The notes beneath the pieces are model-generated. The model saw only the letters and a program-made list of their open reading frames with translations, did not search any database and was not told where the DNA came from. Of a DNA stretch of 64,000 nt, positions 20,489-31,239 are shown piece after piece. The stretch comes from an uncultured Acidimicrobiales bacterium. GTDB taxonomy: Bacteria; Actinomycetota; Acidimicrobiia; Acidimicrobiales; UBA10347. Where the stretch lies: contig CALSSD010000013.1 of the NCBI GenBank assembly GCA_943788915.1, forward strand, positions 124,001 to 188,000, written 5' to 3'. Every line of letters starts with the position of its first letter. The first letter of the stretch is position 1. Position numbers and translations under genes: made by a program.

Positions 20489-21201
20489 CCCAGGATTCAT
20501 CAACCCGCCGACCATTGATTGGCTTAACCGGACGACGAAAGAAGGCGGGCCAGATCGTCGGAACCCCCGAGGTCCTGCATGACCTCGATGGCGACTGGTT
20601 CTACGCCGATTATGCCCGAGGTGTGTTCGAAGCTGGTGGGTTGCCGGTCAACCTTCCGCTCGATGTGGATCCCATGCTCTTTGTCGATCGACTTGACGGC
20701 ATCTTGTTGTCCGGTGGCGCAGACATCGATGCGGCTCAGTACGGCGCTACTAGCGGCGCCGGCGACGATCCGGCTGAACAGGAACGAGATGCATTCGAAC
20801 TGGCGCTGTTCTCCGCCGCTGCCGAACGCAAGCTTCCGGTGCTCGGCATATGCCGGGGCCTGCAGTTGGTGAACGTGGCTAGTGGCGGGACCTTGCATCA
20901 ACATGTGCCGGTCCACGCGGGTTTCACCCAGCCGCCTGCGACGCTGCTGCATAACGTGGAGTTCGCTCCCGATTCAGTGCTTGGCTCCCTCTATGAGCCT
21001 GGCCACCAGGTGAACTCGCTGCATCACCAGACGGTCGATCGGGTCGGACAAGATCTGCGGGTAACCGCCAGCCACGACGGCAGTGTCGAAGGCATTGAAC
21101 ATCGGTCGTTACCAATCGTGGCTGTGCAGTGGCATCCAGAAATGCTCCCTACTCGAGCGAACGACCCGGTGTTCGGCTGGCTCGTCCAGGCGGCGTCCTA
21201 A
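20485..21201 (+). CDS. Gamma-glutamyl-gamma-aminobutyrate hydrolase family (peptidase C26, PuuD-like)
   Basis: RPLIGLT, LLSGGADID, ERDAFE, LGICRGLQ, VNSLHHQ, VQWHPE. ATGA overlap with the upstream gene. Confidence 0.9.
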   Translation: MTQDSSTRRPLIGLTGRRKKAGQIVGTPEVLHDLDGDWFYADYARGVFEAGGLPVNLPLDVDPMLFVDRLDGILLSGGADIDAAQYGATSGAGDDPAEQERDAFELALFSAAAERKLPVLGICRGLQLVNVASGGTLHQHVPVHAGFTQPPATLLHNVEFAPDSVLGSLYEPGHQVNSLHHQTVDRVGQDLRVTASHDGSVEGIEHRSLPIVAVQWHPEMLPTRANDPVFGWLVQAAS

Positions 21202-21214
21202 CGAGCCGACTCAG

Positions 21215-22465
21215 CTACCTAACAACCGACTTACGCCAGGCGCTGAACGACGAAACTGACCCCGGGCCGGGCTGAACCAACCACGGCCACGGGAGCACGG
21301 CGGCAGGACGAATCACTTCCGCCCTGGAGCGGAATCCGGGCACCGGCGCGAAGGTAACTGCCGGGTGTTCGCCGGGTGAGTTTCCTGCAGCCTGGTCGGT
21401 TGAACGACCTTCACCGAGCACCGCTACTGGGTCGTCGACCAGGATGGAGAGCTGCGTGTGCGTGGCAATCTCTGCCAAGGTCTCGGTCAGAAAAACGAGG
21501 CGCTTCGCCGAGAGTTGCAAACGCTGTAGCAACGGCTCGTCGAATACGAATACTGCGGGAAGGTCTGGGTAGGCCATCAACGCCGGGTCGGAGTCACCCA
21601 GCGACTCGGCAGTCAGCCACACCGTGTCTGGGTCTCGTGTCCTCAGCTCGTTCTGAGGCCCGGCGAGTGTCGGATCGTGCTCCACCTGCCGGGCGCTCTG
21701 CTCGGGTGGGCCGAATATCGGATCATCAGGCCACTCCTCAATCGGACACGCAGCACGATGGTCACAACCATCACAGAGCCCTGGCGCCCGTTTGTTGACC
21801 TGCCATCTGCTGAAGCCGTAGTGCTTCGAGGAACCTACGCCGCTCGTCCATTGCCAGCCAAGGCGATTGGCGGCTCGAGAACCGTCGAGCAAGTGTCGGA
21901 AGAAGACATCCTCGCCCTCGCTCCATGACGAGCCAGAACGGACTGCCCACTGGCTTGCAAGCCACATGCGCGCCTGATTGACAAGCCATCCGTCAGATTC
22001 CAGCTCGTCGATCGACACGTCGATACACGCCATTGACCGATCCCATGCTGCGCCCACCGACTGTTTCGGCGACTGAACACGACGCACCCCTCGAGCGGTC
22101 CGGTGTCCGAGGCGGGCATACCAATGACGGGCGAACTCTTGCCACAGCAGCTCGTCGTGAAACTTGTTGACGTCGGGTGTGGGACCGTGCGCCGTTGCTG
22201 CCCGTACATCTGGCAACGAGAGCAACCCATGTCGGATGTAGGGCGACAACCGGGATGCACCCCGCCGAGTTGCGGGGTAGACCTCATTGCGGCGTGTCGC
22301 GTAACCCGTCACGTCAAAATGCGCCAGTGCTGCGTTCGCTGCCTGCTGCCCACCTCGGAAGGCGGTCGAACCGCGGATGGGGCCAACCACGAGATGAGCG
22401 AGATGCGCTTTGACAAAAGCTTCAGCAGCGGCTTGGCCCGGCTCTGGGACGGTGAGTTCAGTCAC
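21215..22465 (-). CDS. Photolyase-family FAD-binding protein with inverted domain order (NewPHL-like)
   Basis: N-terminal ASRLSPYIRHG, ELLWQEF, GWLVNQARMW, LLDGSRAANRLGWQW; CDGC...CP; C-terminal VWLTAESLGDSDPAL...VFVFD...KRLVFL resembles the antenna alpha/beta domain. Confidence 0.75.
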   Translation of the reverse strand: MTELTVPEPGQAAAEAFVKAHLAHLVVGPIRGSTAFRGGQQAANAALAHFDVTGYATRRNEVYPATRRGASRLSPYIRHGLLSLPDVRAATAHGPTPDVNKFHDELLWQEFARHWYARLGHRTARGVRRVQSPKQSVGAAWDRSMACIDVSIDELESDGWLVNQARMWLASQWAVRSGSSWSEGEDVFFRHLLDGSRAANRLGWQWTSGVGSSKHYGFSRWQVNKRAPGLCDGCDHRAACPIEEWPDDPIFGPPEQSARQVEHDPTLAGPQNELRTRDPDTVWLTAESLGDSDPALMAYPDLPAVFVFDEPLLQRLQLSAKRLVFLTETLAEIATHTQLSILVDDPVAVLGEGRSTDQAAGNSPGEHPAVTFAPVPGFRSRAEVIRPAAVLPWPWLVQPGPGSVSSFSAWRKSVVR

Positions 22466-22466
22466 G

Positions 22467-22853
22467 TCATGCCCAGCGGATCCGGAACGGGCCTTTTGTT
22501 GTGGACGGGTCCACAACACCGCCTCTCTGCGTGATCACGACATCACCACTAGCCACCAGCCTGCGAGCTGCGGAACGTGCCGGTTCCAGCAGTTGTCTCC
22601 ACTCGTCGTCGATACAGCCGTTTGCGACAGCAAGGGCGCGGGCTACCTCGGACGAACAGATCGATGTACCGGAAGGCCTCTCGTTGAGCCATCTCAGGAT
22701 CAAGATCTCACATGCTTGGTCGTCCGCTGACGGCCCTCCTCGGCATCGCTTCGAGCAGTAACGCACTTCGTCCCACGTCCGTTCCCATTTCTTGCGCCAC
22801 GTAAATGAACGTCCGCAGGTGACACACACCTTGCTCGGCAAGTGTGCAGGCAT
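22467..22853 (-). CDS. DUF2256 + DUF3253 domain protein
   Basis: [19 protein letters not shown]...[18 protein letters not shown]...ARRLV...ITQRG..VDP...KGPFRIR. Confidence 0.85.
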   Translation of the reverse strand: MPAHLPSKVCVTCGRSFTWRKKWERTWDEVRYCSKRCRGGPSADDQACEILILRWLNERPSGTSICSSEVARALAVANGCIDDEWRQLLEPARSAARRLVASGDVVITQRGGVVDPSTTKGPFRIRWA

Positions 22854-24349
22854 TACAGCTCGCCAGCATCGAGCGCGGTTAACACGTGAACCGCTCGTTC
22901 GCGGACGGCATCCAAGTCGGCCAGGCGTCGCATACCTGCCAGTTGTTGACCCATACGATGGTTGCCCGAGAACGCAGCCTCGTTGCGAGCCAAGAAGTCC
23001 CAATACAAGGTGGTAAACGGGCAAGCATCGTCGCCGGTTCGTTTCTTTGGGTCGAACCGGCATGGCTTGCATGAATCGCTCATCTTGTTGATGTAGGCCC
23101 CGCCGCTTGCATACGGCTTGGTCGCCATCCGTCCCCCGTCGGCATGCAGAGCCATGCCGACGACGTTCGGCAACATGACCCATTCAGCACCATCGACAAA
23201 ACTGGCCCACATCCAGTCGGTCATCGCCTGCGGGTCCACCCCGGCGGTTAACGCGAGATTGCCGAGCACCATGAGCCGTTCGATGTGATGGGCATAACCG
23301 TGGGCTTCGACATGGCCGATCACGTTTCGGACGCACGCCATGTCGGTCGGCGCCTCGCCGGTAAGAGCCTTCGGCACGTCTCGGGTGGCCACCAATTGGT
23401 TCTCGTCGCGGTACTCGGGCATCCACAACCAGTAGACCCCCCAGACGTACTCGCGCCAGCCGATCACCTGGCGGATAAATCCCTCGACCGAGTTGATCGG
23501 CGCGTCTCCAGAGCGATAGGCCGCCTCGGCTGCTTCGACGACTTCCATGGGGTGCAACAAGCCAAGGTTCATCGACGACGCCAACACCGAGTGCGCCATC
23601 TTCCATTCACCCGACAACATGGCGTCTTCGTGAGGGCCAAACGGGGCAAGCCCTGTCGTGATGAACTCGTCGAGCCGTTGGAGCGCCTGGGCTCGAGTCA
23701 CCGGCCAGTGGCCGTCCGGTGGGGCGCCCCACACATTGTCACCAAACCCGTTGATCACAGACCGGTCGATGTCATCGAGTGCAAACGGGGCAATGGTCGG
23801 CCACGAACGCCCGTCTTTGGGCGGACGTTCGCGATTGTCGTGGTCGAAGTTCCATCGGCCCCCGGCGGGCTCGCTGGCTCCGTCCATCATCAACTCCAGC
23901 CGAGAACGCTGCCACCGGTAGAAATCCTCCATCTTGAAGGACTTCCGACCGTTGGCCCACGATGCAAAGTCGTCGTAGTGACACGTGAACTGATCGTTGC
24001 GGACGATGTCGACGCCGAGATGTTCGAGCAACGCCCGGCCATCCCAACTCATGGGTTCCATCGCTCTGACCCGATCGACGTCGAACTCCTTGACGTGCGC
24101 ACGCAAACCGTCGCCAAGCGTGGACGCTCGACGGTAGTCGACGTCGAACCCTTCGGCCTCGAGTTCTGCAGCGAAGTGGCGCATAGCCGAGATCACAAGG
24201 TGAAGTCGTTGCCGGTGCCAACGTTTCGATGCTGCCTTTGTCGTGCTCTCCACCAGTAGGACCCGGCACTCACCTGGCTGGCGGTTAGCAATAGGGCCGA
24301 TCGAACGGTTGAGTTGATCGCCCAGGATCCAGATCGTTTCAAGCGCCAT
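22853..24349 (-). CDS. Cryptochrome/photolyase, FeS-BCP (PhrB/CryB-like) class
   Basis: [68 protein letters not shown]...CPF. Confidence 0.92.
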   Translation of the reverse strand: MALETIWILGDQLNRSIGPIANRQPGECRVLLVESTTKAASKRWHRQRLHLVISAMRHFAAELEAEGFDVDYRRASTLGDGLRAHVKEFDVDRVRAMEPMSWDGRALLEHLGVDIVRNDQFTCHYDDFASWANGRKSFKMEDFYRWQRSRLELMMDGASEPAGGRWNFDHDNRERPPKDGRSWPTIAPFALDDIDRSVINGFGDNVWGAPPDGHWPVTRAQALQRLDEFITTGLAPFGPHEDAMLSGEWKMAHSVLASSMNLGLLHPMEVVEAAEAAYRSGDAPINSVEGFIRQVIGWREYVWGVYWLWMPEYRDENQLVATRDVPKALTGEAPTDMACVRNVIGHVEAHGYAHHIERLMVLGNLALTAGVDPQAMTDWMWASFVDGAEWVMLPNVVGMALHADGGRMATKPYASGGAYINKMSDSCKPCRFDPKKRTGDDACPFTTLYWDFLARNEAAFSGNHRMGQQLAGMRRLADLDAVRERAVHVLTALDAGEL

Positions 24350-24452
24350 GTTGTTCAGTGTTGCCGGTGGTTCACCCTGATAGCGAGCTGTGCGGGTCCG
24401 GCCTGTTCCGGTGTCCTGTATCTAGGCGCCCGCACCGTGCAACACTGTCCGG

Positions 24453-25346
24453 GTGATCCGCATCGCCCAACTGTCTGACACCCACTTCCTCGAGGATGGC
24501 GAGGAGCCCGAAGGCGGCTTCGCTTACAACACTGCCGAGGCTTTCGATGCGGTCCGCGACCATATACATGCGCTACCTCGTCAGGACATGGTCGTTGTCA
24601 CCGGTGATATCGCCGACCACGGACGGATGGCGCAGTACCAGCGGGCTGCCGCTGCGTTCAGCCAGCTCGACGCTCCCATCAATGTGTGCCCTGGCAACCA
24701 CGACCAGCACGCTACGTTCACCGTTGGTATGGGTCGTCCAACGATCGGTACGTCTCGTGTCATCGAGGTCGACAACTGGTGTTTTCTGTTCGTCGACTCG
24801 AACGCCGGTGTGATGGTGCCCGACGAAACCGGTCGCATGGTTGACCCAACGGAGTACGACGACCGTTTGCACCGCAGCGGAGCGTTGGGTGACCGCGAGT
24901 CGTCGTGGGTCCGCGACATGCACGACGCAACTGACGCCGACCACGTATTCCTGTGGCTCCACCACCCGCCCGCTGCTACTGGGTTGTCTCGAGACGACAG
25001 GTACACCGACGAATGGCGAGCGCTCCTGCCCGAGCTGGCGAAGGTCAGAGGTATGGGCGGTGGCCACACACATGTACCAGCACAGTACGACTTCCTCGGG
25101 TGTCCGATCTTTGTGAGTCCAGCCTTCAAGAACAACTTCGACTTGGATGGCGGCACGACCTTGCCACCCGGCTATCGGACTTTTGAATTCATGGCTGATG
25201 GTTCAATCACCGGCGACGTCCATCTTGTACAGGATCCTCGATGGCCACGGCGGCCGCTCGGTCGAGCGGTCATATCGCTCATGCGGGGTGAGCTCAGCTG
25301 GGATGACTTCAATGCCATCGTTGCTCGTAAGAACCCGGCATCGTGA
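24453..25346 (+). CDS. Metallophosphoesterase (CpdA/Icc-like)
   Basis: QLSDTH, TGDIAD, PGNHD, LHHPP, GHTH. Confidence 0.88.
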   Translation: MIRIAQLSDTHFLEDGEEPEGGFAYNTAEAFDAVRDHIHALPRQDMVVVTGDIADHGRMAQYQRAAAAFSQLDAPINVCPGNHDQHATFTVGMGRPTIGTSRVIEVDNWCFLFVDSNAGVMVPDETGRMVDPTEYDDRLHRSGALGDRESSWVRDMHDATDADHVFLWLHHPPAATGLSRDDRYTDEWRALLPELAKVRGMGGGHTHVPAQYDFLGCPIFVSPAFKNNFDLDGGTTLPPGYRTFEFMADGSITGDVHLVQDPRWPRRPLGRAVISLMRGELSWDDFNAIVARKNPAS

Positions 25347-26621
25347 CTGAACAAGCGCTGCCTGGCGTTCTCGATGGCATCCGGGTCGTGGAGTTCGCCC
25401 AGAACGCGGCCATCCCCCATTGCGGTCGGCTTCTTGCCGGGCTAGGCGCCGATGTGGTCAAGGTCGAGCCGCCTGATGGTGATGCCATGAGACGGCTAGC
25501 AGCGCTCGCTGACATGGAGAGCCGAGCCTACGCCCTCATAAATCCAGGAAAACGCAGTATCGCCATCGACCTCGGTTCAGAAGACGCTCGTACGGTGATC
25601 GATGCACTCTTCGCATGGGCCGATGTTGCGCTGGTGGCCTTCAAGCTGCCCGACCTCGCCCGTTATGGCATCGAGTGGGAGCACGCCCGCACGATAAATC
25701 CCCGACTTGTGCACTTGACCCACACGGCACTGGGGCCAGGCGGACCCGACGCAGAGTTCGGCGGGTACGACGTCCTCGTGCAAGGCCGCAGCGGCGTTGG
25801 TTTCGTCATGAATCGGTCAGGAGCCACCGCTCCCCAGCCGACCCGACCCGCGGTGAATGACTTCGGTAGCGGTTTCTCGGCCGCGTTCGCAGTGATGGCG
25901 GGACTACGCCATCGTGATCAGACAGGTCGAGGGACAACGGATCGATACGTCGCTGCTCGGAACCGCTATGAGCTTGGGGACACCACTCCTTGGCGGATTC
26001 CCAATCGATGACCAGCAGATCACCGAACTCGACGCCGATATGGCAGCCGTCAGAGCGGCCGGTTTGGACTTTGACACCCAGCGCGACCTCTACGAATCAA
26101 AGGTCCAAGCCGGAGGCGGGGCATTCAAGTTGTACTTCCGCCACTACCAAACCTCCGACGGGCTTATCTCGCTGGCTGGGCTGTCGCCCGGCCTGTTCGA
26201 CAAGTTTCATGCAGCGACCGGTATCAACCGACCCCAGAGCGGCGATACCACAGACCCGGCATTCCAAGCCGTGGTCGCCGAGGCCGAACAGACCTTCACC
26301 CAACGTACGACTGCCGAGTGGTTGACCATCCTGCGACAGGCTGGGTATCCGTGTGGGCCCTACAACATGCCCCACGAAGCGTTACGCGATCCTCATGCCA
26401 TCGAGAACGGTTATGTCGTCGAACTCGAACATCCGGTATTTGGTTCGTACCGGGCGACGGGCATGCCATTTCAGATGGAGAAGTCCTCTGCCACCGTTTC
26501 TGGGCCAAGCCCCAGTTTCGCGGCTCACACCCGTCAGGTCCTCGACGAGGTCGGCCTGGACGACGATCTTGTTGCAGGCCTCATCGCTAGTGGTGCGGTG
26601 ATCGATCGAGCGCTGGACTAA
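25343..26621 (+). CDS. Family III CoA transferase (CaiB/BaiF), frameshift near 25928
   Basis: LDGIRVVEF, LGADVVKVEPPDGD, NPGKRSIAIDL, GYDVLVQG; continues GQRIDTSL...HTRQVL. Confidence 0.85.
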
Positions 26622-26633
26622 CCGCCAAGCCGC

Positions 26634-27195
26634 TCACGGCCACAAGATGTACAGCGCTAGAAGCGGTTCGTCGTCGGCTACCACGCTGTGTATGTCACCG
26701 GGATTGTTGTACACCAGTGCGTCGTCGGCCAGCACTCGGAAGTTTGCTTGGCCGCCATAACGCCAACTGCCACCGCCTGCAATCGGGAGGTAGATCTCTT
26801 GGGGCGGATGCGAGTGCTCGGGATACACCGCGTTCGGTGCCAAGAGCATGAGTCCACACGTCAACGATCCGAGATCTCGGATGTCGTTGATCGGAGCGAG
26901 GGCAACGTCGCGGCCGCCGTCGGTCGTGCGGGGTGAGGCGACCCACGAGAGTTCAGGGCGCAGCTTCGTGCACAGCCAGCGCGAGCGCCGAGTCTCCGAT
27001 GCCGGCAAGGTGTTGGGTCACCGGCACCGTCCGCTTTGGCACCGGCACCGTTGAGGCTGAACCGAGCGCCGAGCGAAACGCACTCGCACCTGAATCGAAG
27101 ACACTCGGAGATGGAGATGGAGCCGCAAGTGCAGCTCGACGCTCGATCTCGGTGCACGACAATTCTAGTAATCGGTCGAGCGGGCTCTCAGCCAT
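26634..27195 (-). CDS. DMSP-lyase-family cupin protein (DddQ/DddL-like), frameshift near 26956
   Basis: GLMLLAPNAVYPEHSHPPQEIYLPIAGGGSW...HSV...EPLLALYI cupin motifs. The helical N-terminal part is in ORF 26953..27204. Confidence 0.7.
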
Positions 27196-27277
27196 GACAG
27201 TCACGTCCGTCGCGATTTGTTCGGCTCACCCAGACTTGACATATGTGTGAACGTACCTCAGATGTCATGCTGGCACC

Positions 27278-28549
27278 ATGACAGAACTCTTGGACCGGCA
27301 CCGTCGGGCGATGGGCCATGACGCGCCACTCTTTTACGAGGACCCCGTCGAACTCGTGCGCGGCGACGGCGTATGGCTCGAGGCCGCAGACGGCACGCGC
27401 TACCTCGATCTGTACAACAACGTGCCGTGCGTGGGCCACGCAAACCCGAGGGTCGCTGCTGCGATAGCAGAGCAAGCAGCCACGCTGAACGTGCACAGCC
27501 GGTATCTGCACGCGAATGTCGTCGACTACACCGAACGCCTCGTCGGCCTGCACCACGATGGGATCGAGTCGGTCATCCTGGCATGCAGCGGGAGCGAGGC
27601 CACCGAGATGGCACTCACCATGGCACGCTCGCTGACCGGGAAGAAGGGCGTGATTTGCACCGATGCCACCTACCACGGCAACACATCGCTTGTCTCCAAG
27701 CTGACAGGACTCCCGGTGGGCACCGACCGTGACGGCGTGCGTTCCATCTCTACACCCCAGATGTATCGGCCTCTCGCCAACGGTCTAACCGAAGCGGAAC
27801 TCTGTCAGCGATATCTCGACCAGTTGGCAGCGACCATTGCTCAGTTCGAGGCGGACGGTCTTGGGTTCGCTGGCATCATGTTGTGTTCGATCCTTGCTAA
27901 CGAAGGTCTACCTACCGCACCCGGTGGCTGGTTCACCGAGGCCACCGAGATGGTCCGCGATGCCGGTGGGTTCGTCATCGCCGACGAAGTGCAGGCCGGA
28001 TTTGCTCGCAGCGGCAACTGGTGGGGATACGACACCAGCGGGTTCACCCCCGACATCGTCTGTATGGGCAAACCCATGGGTAATGGTTTGCCGGTGTCAG
28101 GCATGGCTGCCAGTCACGACATGATCACGTCCTTTCGTGGCAAACAGCGGTACTTCAACACGTTCGCTGCGAGCCCGCTCCAGGCGGCAGCGGGCATGGC
28201 GGTCATCGACGAGATCACCGATCGCGATCTTGTGGCCAGTGTCGCCTCGGTCGGCGCCGCCCTCAAGACTTCGCTGCTCGCACTGCAGGCGAGCCATGCT
28301 CGCATGGGCGATGTGCGAGGTCATGGCCTCTTCATCGGTATCGACTGGGTCGTGCCCGGCACGAACGAACCCGACGTGGATGGTGCTGCGGCCATGGTCG
28401 AAGCACTCAAGGCACGCTGCATGTTGCTCGGAAAAGCAGGCCAACATGGCAATGTGCTCAAGATCCGGCCACCGTTGGTCTTCCAACAGGACCATGCCGA
28501 CCTGTTTCTCGATGCGTTCCGTCAGGCAGTGACTAGTGCTCACAACTGA
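27278..28549 (+). CDS. Class III PLP enzyme, phospho-lyase/AGXT2L-like
   Basis: YLDLYNNVPCVGH, LNVHSRYLH, DEVQAGFARSG, GKPMGNG, YFNTFA, NVLKIRPPL. Confidence 0.88.
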   Translation: MTELLDRHRRAMGHDAPLFYEDPVELVRGDGVWLEAADGTRYLDLYNNVPCVGHANPRVAAAIAEQAATLNVHSRYLHANVVDYTERLVGLHHDGIESVILACSGSEATEMALTMARSLTGKKGVICTDATYHGNTSLVSKLTGLPVGTDRDGVRSISTPQMYRPLANGLTEAELCQRYLDQLAATIAQFEADGLGFAGIMLCSILANEGLPTAPGGWFTEATEMVRDAGGFVIADEVQAGFARSGNWWGYDTSGFTPDIVCMGKPMGNGLPVSGMAASHDMITSFRGKQRYFNTFAASPLQAAAGMAVIDEITDRDLVASVASVGAALKTSLLALQASHARMGDVRGHGLFIGIDWVVPGTNEPDVDGAAAMVEALKARCMLLGKAGQHGNVLKIRPPLVFQQDHADLFLDAFRQAVTSAHN

Positions 28550-29515
28550 CGACTATCTCGAGGCGGCCTCAGTCGCAGCCCCCTTGTTTGGGTTGGCAGC
28601 GTCGTCGATCAGCTTGTTATCGCACAGCGAAAACGTGGTGTGTCAGCTCACGATGTCTGATGGCACCCGGGCCGCGCTTCGGATACACCGCCCGGGTTAC
28701 AACTCGTTGGCTGAACTTCGGTCCGAGGTGCTCTGGGTCACCTCGCTTGGCGACTTCGGAATGTCCCGGTGCCGACAGCGCTCAGCACCGACACGGGCGA
28801 CCACTATGTGTCGTTACCTGTTGGCGGACATGCGCACCACGTCGGCGTCGTAGACTGGGTCCCGGGCGAGCCACTCGGCAGCCCGACAGGTGTCAATGGC
28901 CCTGAGGTCGTTCAGCACTATGGCCGGATCGGCAAGCTCGCAGCCCAGGTGCGGGCGCATCACGCAGGGTGGGTACCACCCGCTGGTTTTACCCGTAGGG
29001 CCTGGGACCACCGTGGGCTAGTTGGATCCGCGCCTCTTTGGGGCCGGTTCTGGGAGGTCGACGCATTGTCAGACGCGCAACGCCGACTCTTCTCGGCGTG
29101 TCGAGATCAGCTACTGCTCGACTTCACTAATATGTCGTTCTCACCAGGCGAGTTCGGCATGATTCATTCCGATCTCCACCTCGGCAACTTGATGGCCGAT
29201 GGCGACTCGCTCACCATGATCGATTTCGACGACGCTGGCTTTGGCTGGTTCGCTCATGAACTGGCGGTGGCACTGCACCCAGTTCTCGAGGAACCATGGG
29301 AAGACGACGCCCGATCGGCACTGATCGACGGCTACCGAACGGTCCACCCATTGTCCGCCGCCGACGAGGCCAGCATCGACACCTTCGTCACGATGCGATC
29401 CTTGATGATCATCGGCTGGCTCGATGCTCGACGTGAGCTACCAGCCTTCGAGCACTTCGGTGACCTCGCCACACAAGCCGAACGGATCTCCGCTCGATAC
29501 CTCGCTGCCACGTAG
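28536..29515 (+). CDS. APH/homoserine kinase type II-like phosphotransferase (frameshift near 28762)
   Basis: SENVV, ALRIHRPGY, IHSDLHLGN, IDFDDAGFGW. Confidence 0.85.
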
Positions 29516-29575
29516 AGCCACTCGGCACGAGAACAAACGTCGTATCAAGATCTTTGCTGGCCTCGGGTGCTGCTC

Positions 29576-31204
29576 CTAACGCCCAAGCTCTTGGCGCGCA
29601 TGAGCCCGAAGGGTCTTGTAATCGACCTTGCCTGATGGCGCTCGCCCGATCGTGTCAACCACCACAACATCACGTGGTGCCTTGTACCCAGCAAGTCTGG
29701 TTTTGACATGGGCTATGAGCGCCTCATTGGCGACCGATGCTGCACCGGCTGCTCGCTCAACCACCGCACACACGGTTTCGCCGAACCGTTCGTGAGGAAT
29801 ACCAACACATACGGCATCGTGCACCTGGTCATGCAACTTCAGGACCTCTTCGACTTCCTCTACGAACACCTTCTCGCCGCCGGTGTTGATACAGACCGAA
29901 CCACGGCCAAGCAGCTTCATGGATCCGTCGACTTCGACCGTTGCGAAGTCACCTGGCACCGACCATCGTTTGCCCTCAATGGTGCGAAAGGTCTCGGCAG
30001 ACTTCTTCTCGTCCTGGTAGTACCCAATCGGCATCGGCCCGCCGAATGCCGCAAGACCCACCTCGCCGGAGCCCGGCACGACGAACCCGCCTGTTTCACT
30101 GATCACTTGGGCCAGCGCTCCGACCATGAACGACGCTGTTTCTGCAACGTCGTCTTTTGTCGACACGGAACTGCCCATGGCCGCAGCCTCGCTTGAGCCA
30201 AAGACGTCGACCATCATTGCATCGCTGCGCAGGTGTGCGAAGAGGCCCACTTTGACCTCGCGGCTCCACATCACACCAGCGGAGTGGATGACCTTCAGGG
30301 AGTCGAGTGACCACCGATCAGGCTGCGCGTCGAGTTCAGCAAGTAGGGGCCGGGCGAACGCATCACCCACAATGACGAGCGATTCGGTCTGTGTGCGGTC
30401 AACTGTCTCCCACAGGCCCGGTGCGTCGAACTTCTCACCTGGCAACAGCACGACGGTGCCGCCGATCATCAGGGTGGAATAGGCATTGCTGAGTGCGGTG
30501 GCATGCATAAGTGGGCAGGCGAGCATGACCACCGGACCGTCGGGTCGACTCAGCACCCCCGCCGCAGCATCGGTCACCGAAGTGATGGGCGGGATGCCCA
30601 TCAGTGCATTACCCCCGGCCCCCATGGCCTGGAAGAGATCGGTCTGTTGCCACATCACTCCTTTGGGCATCCCGGTGGTGCCTCCGGTGTACACGAGCAC
30701 CACGTCGGTACCGCTGCGGCCCTCGGGGCTCCGTGGCGCATCGATCCGTTCGCTGGACGCGACACTCTCGAACGGGGTGGCCCATTCAGGACAAGAGTCG
30801 CCGATGGCATACCAACGTTTGACGTGATCGAAGCGAGCTCGCAGCTCGTCGACGACATCGGCGAAACGCATGTCGAACACGACCGCCTCGGTGTCAGCGT
30901 TGTCGAGCAAATAGGCGATCTCCTCGGGGCCATAGCGATAATTCACGTTGAACGGCCACGCGGAGATCTTTTGTGCTGCGTGATAGGCCTCAATATATTC
31001 GGGCCTGTTCGGTGCGTAGACAGCAACCTTGGACTGGGCTCCGAGGCCGGCCTCGGCCATGTCGTGACCAAGAGCGTTCGCCCGTTGATCGAAGCTTCGC
31101 CAGCTCACCGTCTGGTCGCCATAGATGATCGCAGCACGGTCGGGAACCGCTTCAGCGATTGCCTCGTAGATGTCTGCGAAATGCCAGTTCGTCGCGTCAG
31201 TCAT
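29576..31204 (-). CDS. Acyl-CoA synthetase (AMP-binding, FadD19-like)
   Basis: VNYRY, YTGGTTGMPKGVMW, FGSSE, SVPGD, LLGRGSVCINTGGEKVF, GYKAPR, SGK. Confidence 0.92.
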   Translation of the reverse strand: MTDATNWHFADIYEAIAEAVPDRAAIIYGDQTVSWRSFDQRANALGHDMAEAGLGAQSKVAVYAPNRPEYIEAYHAAQKISAWPFNVNYRYGPEEIAYLLDNADTEAVVFDMRFADVVDELRARFDHVKRWYAIGDSCPEWATPFESVASSERIDAPRSPEGRSGTDVVLVYTGGTTGMPKGVMWQQTDLFQAMGAGGNALMGIPPITSVTDAAAGVLSRPDGPVVMLACPLMHATALSNAYSTLMIGGTVVLLPGEKFDAPGLWETVDRTQTESLVIVGDAFARPLLAELDAQPDRWSLDSLKVIHSAGVMWSREVKVGLFAHLRSDAMMVDVFGSSEAAAMGSSVSTKDDVAETASFMVGALAQVISETGGFVVPGSGEVGLAAFGGPMPIGYYQDEKKSAETFRTIEGKRWSVPGDFATVEVDGSMKLLGRGSVCINTGGEKVFVEEVEEVLKLHDQVHDAVCVGIPHERFGETVCAVVERAAGAASVANEALIAHVKTRLAGYKAPRDVVVVDTIGRAPSGKVDYKTLRAHARQELGR

Positions 31205-31239
31205 AAGTAACGGTAACCCGAGTTCTAAGATCCATAGCA

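Noticed and set aside
26953..26955. TGA inside the cupin gene as Sec
   Set aside because: The continuation is in a different frame (extra C in GCG CCC TGA versus GCG CCT GAA), and it is not a Cys position.
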